Part shown: in pieces, positions 61,541 through 64,000 of the stretch
Layout: the number at the start of each line of letters is the position of its first letter
Numbering within the stretch: position 1 is the stretch's first letter
From: Chiloscyllium plagiosum
Lineage: Eukaryota
Direction of reading: 5' to 3'
Assembly (NCBI RefSeq): GCF_004010195.1
Contig: NC_057728.1
Coordinates: 40,070,918 to 40,134,917, forward strand
Length of the DNA: 64,000 nucleotides
Program-made: the position numbers and the translations under genes
The notes under the pieces: model-generated
Databases searched by the model: none
What the model saw: the letters and a program-made list of their open reading frames with translations, nothing else
Told to the model about the DNA's origin: nothing

Positions 61541-62360
61541 TTTTTTTGATAGTCTACAGAACTGTTTGGTGCAGGTTAAACTTCAGTCAGGTATCAACCA
61601 AAACTTTGGGTGAAATTGCCTGGCCTAGGAGATGAGGCACCCACAGGCAGGAAGGCAACAGTCAGGATAGGTGGACCAGAAACCCACAGCTTCTCAACTT
61701 TGCCTGAGTTAGGTACTGGGCAGAAAGACTTCAGCTCCACCTTCTTGCCTCACCATCAACTGGGACCATTACATAATTTATTTACTGACCGCTTAAAGGC
61801 CTCACCTGACTCTAGCTGTAATTATTTCAGCTCTAAGCTGGATGAGGAAGACTAGGCCTTCCTAACTGGTTAACCAATGCAGGCAATCAGCTGAAAGAAT
61901 TGAATGTAAAAAGACGAGTCTGTGCCAGAGAATGATTATTCAACATCGAATCAGGGTTACTGAGTCTGAGATAATTATGAGCATCACATCAGGAGAAACT
62001 CGGTCAGGGACATCTACTTTTCCAATGTAAAATTTGAAGGTGCAATGTATCATCAATCTGAGCAAAATGCCAGGTAGGCCTGTTACCACATCACTCCTTT
62101 GTCTCACTCAAACCATGGATAGGCATAAGAGAAAGAAGGGCTTTGCTACTCCCTTTTACAATGTGATGGGTACAATAGTTCCCAGCTTTCCCAGTTCATC
62201 ATTTTTGTATGAGCTCACAGACTTTCAAACCTATAATAACCTCAAAAGGTTGCCCAAAAGAAATCTGTAAAGTGAATTAACTTGCCATTAGTTAAGTTAA
62301 ATTGCTACTAAAAGTGAAAATTACCTGATTGTTAATTGGGCTGAGTTTGATAGCACATGA

Positions 62361-62693
62361 CAGCACGGTGGCTCAGTGGTTAGCACTGCTGCCCTACAGC
62401 GCCAGGGACCCGAGTTTGATTCCAGCTTCGGGCAACTGTCTGTGTGGAGTTTGCACATTCTCCCCGTGTCTGCGTGGGTTTCCTCCGGGTGCTCTGGTTT
62501 CCTCCCACAATCCAAAGATGTGCAGATTAGGTGAATTGGCAGTGCTAAATTGTCTATAGTGTTCAGGGATGTCTAGACTGGGTGCATTAGTCAGGGTTAA
62601 ACGTAGAGGAATGAGTCTGGGTAGGTTACTGTTTGGAGGTTCGGTGTGGCCTTATCGAACCGAAAGGCCTGTTTCCACACTGTAGAAATTCTA
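62361..62693 (+). mobile_element. HE1 SINE
   Basis: gcacggtggctcagtggttagcactgctgcc head, HE1 core and tail. Confidence 0.9.
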
Positions 62694-64000
62694 TGCTTGT
62701 ATCTCATGTTTCCATCCAAATGTTCCCTAGTTTTATGAATGTTACAGTTCAGAAAGAGTTCATTTCAACCACTGCGTTTGCGCCAGATCATTGCACGTTA
62801 TGTTTTTCTACCTCCCCCTATAAGCCTGCATGTTCTTCTTTACACAAAGCTGTCCAAGACCCTTTTTGAGCTTCAATTGAACCACATTCAGTCAGTGAAT
62901 TCCAAACCTTACCCACCTGCTGCAAAATAAGTCTTTTAGTTATATGAATTGCTCTTTATTAAATACTGTGAATCAGCCTCCTTCCATCCTCAATCCTTTA
63001 TGAGTGGAAACAGCTTCTCTGCATTTACTTTCTCCAGACCCTTCATGATTTTGAATGATTCTATCAAACCTTGCCTAAGCTTTCTTTGCTCTTAGGAAAC
63101 TTTGTATAGACTTAGAGCTTTGCGAAGATTCATAAGACATCAATTGTCATTGTAAAAAGCACTTGTGTTCTTGGGTACTTAAGACAGGTCCAGAAATACG
63201 TTTGCTATGTGGACCCATATGTATAACACATGGTATTTATATTGTAATATTCAAGTCTTGTCTATGTGAAGGTTTCCCACTAGATGGATAGAAAGGTTTT
63301 TCTTCTCTAGTACTTATTTCATACTGTTTCATACCCAGCTCACCATCCCCAACCTACATATCTCTACATACACACATTTTTAATTGTAGCAAAATGAAAG
63401 TGCAACCTTAATGTGCCAACGTTTGTGGTTTTAGCCGTTGAACTCTAACCAGAAAGCCCCAATTCTAGGAAAGTGTTAAGCGCACGATGAGTAATCTTTG
63501 ATGTTCTATGGCATTAATCACTTCGGGTTTCACCACAATTTTATAAAATGCATTTTTATCTTTAAATATTTAACTAAGCAATATCATTTAACTACATTGG
63601 GAGTTATGGCAGTTGGCACTAGCTGAACCAAAGTACTTAAGTAAAGAAAAACAAGGAATGTTGAGTAAGTACCAGTGAATGTCACTCCCAAAGCAAGTTG
63701 CAGATTGACTCAAATGGAATTGTAAATTCAGATTTGCACAACTGAGATGGGTAGCTTGAGTTGGGATACTTTACTGTCTCAGTTTTAAGGATTTCATAAT
63801 GTTTGATCTTCATTCTGGGGAGTGAAGGTGGCAAGTCAGAGTCACATCACTGACATTAGAAGAAGATCATTGATGTCATAATGAAGAGGAGAAACCACAT
63901 GTTCTCAATTCCCAGATGACCTCATTATGAATGCTTGGCTGAGCTCCAAGATTATGAAATGCTTTAGTGCAGCATGTGTTTCGTTTTGACAACTTGTTGG

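Overview
Vertebrate genomic DNA, almost certainly a shark (HE1-type tRNA SINEs, HER1/CR1 LINEs, DeuSINEs). It holds the 3' 11 coding exons of MDM1 (+, 7917-16077) and, about 20 kb downstream, a complete 5-exon interleukin-22 gene (+, 36470-38097, 182 aa) that the ORF track shows only as fragments. This is the conserved MDM1-IL22-(IL26)-IFNG cytokine locus; I could not recognise IL26 or IFNG exons in the window. Also present: an internally deleted RBPMS2 retrocopy, a truncated ERV-like LTR with a primer-binding site, a decayed Gypsy element and many nested LINEs/SINEs. The most striking unannotated signal is at least four families of short Penelope-type repeats carrying minimal type I hammerhead ribozyme cores (CUGANGA-stem II-GAAA-palindromic stem III-NUH). 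They are often inserted as fold-back inverted pairs with 12-16 bp target-site duplications, and one 178-bp tandem duplication starts at a predicted ribozyme cleavage site. Candidate STAT/NF-kB/AhR/RUNX/AP-1 motif clusters surround IL22. Gene and repeat-family assignments come from recalled sequences, not database searches; repeat boundaries are approximate.
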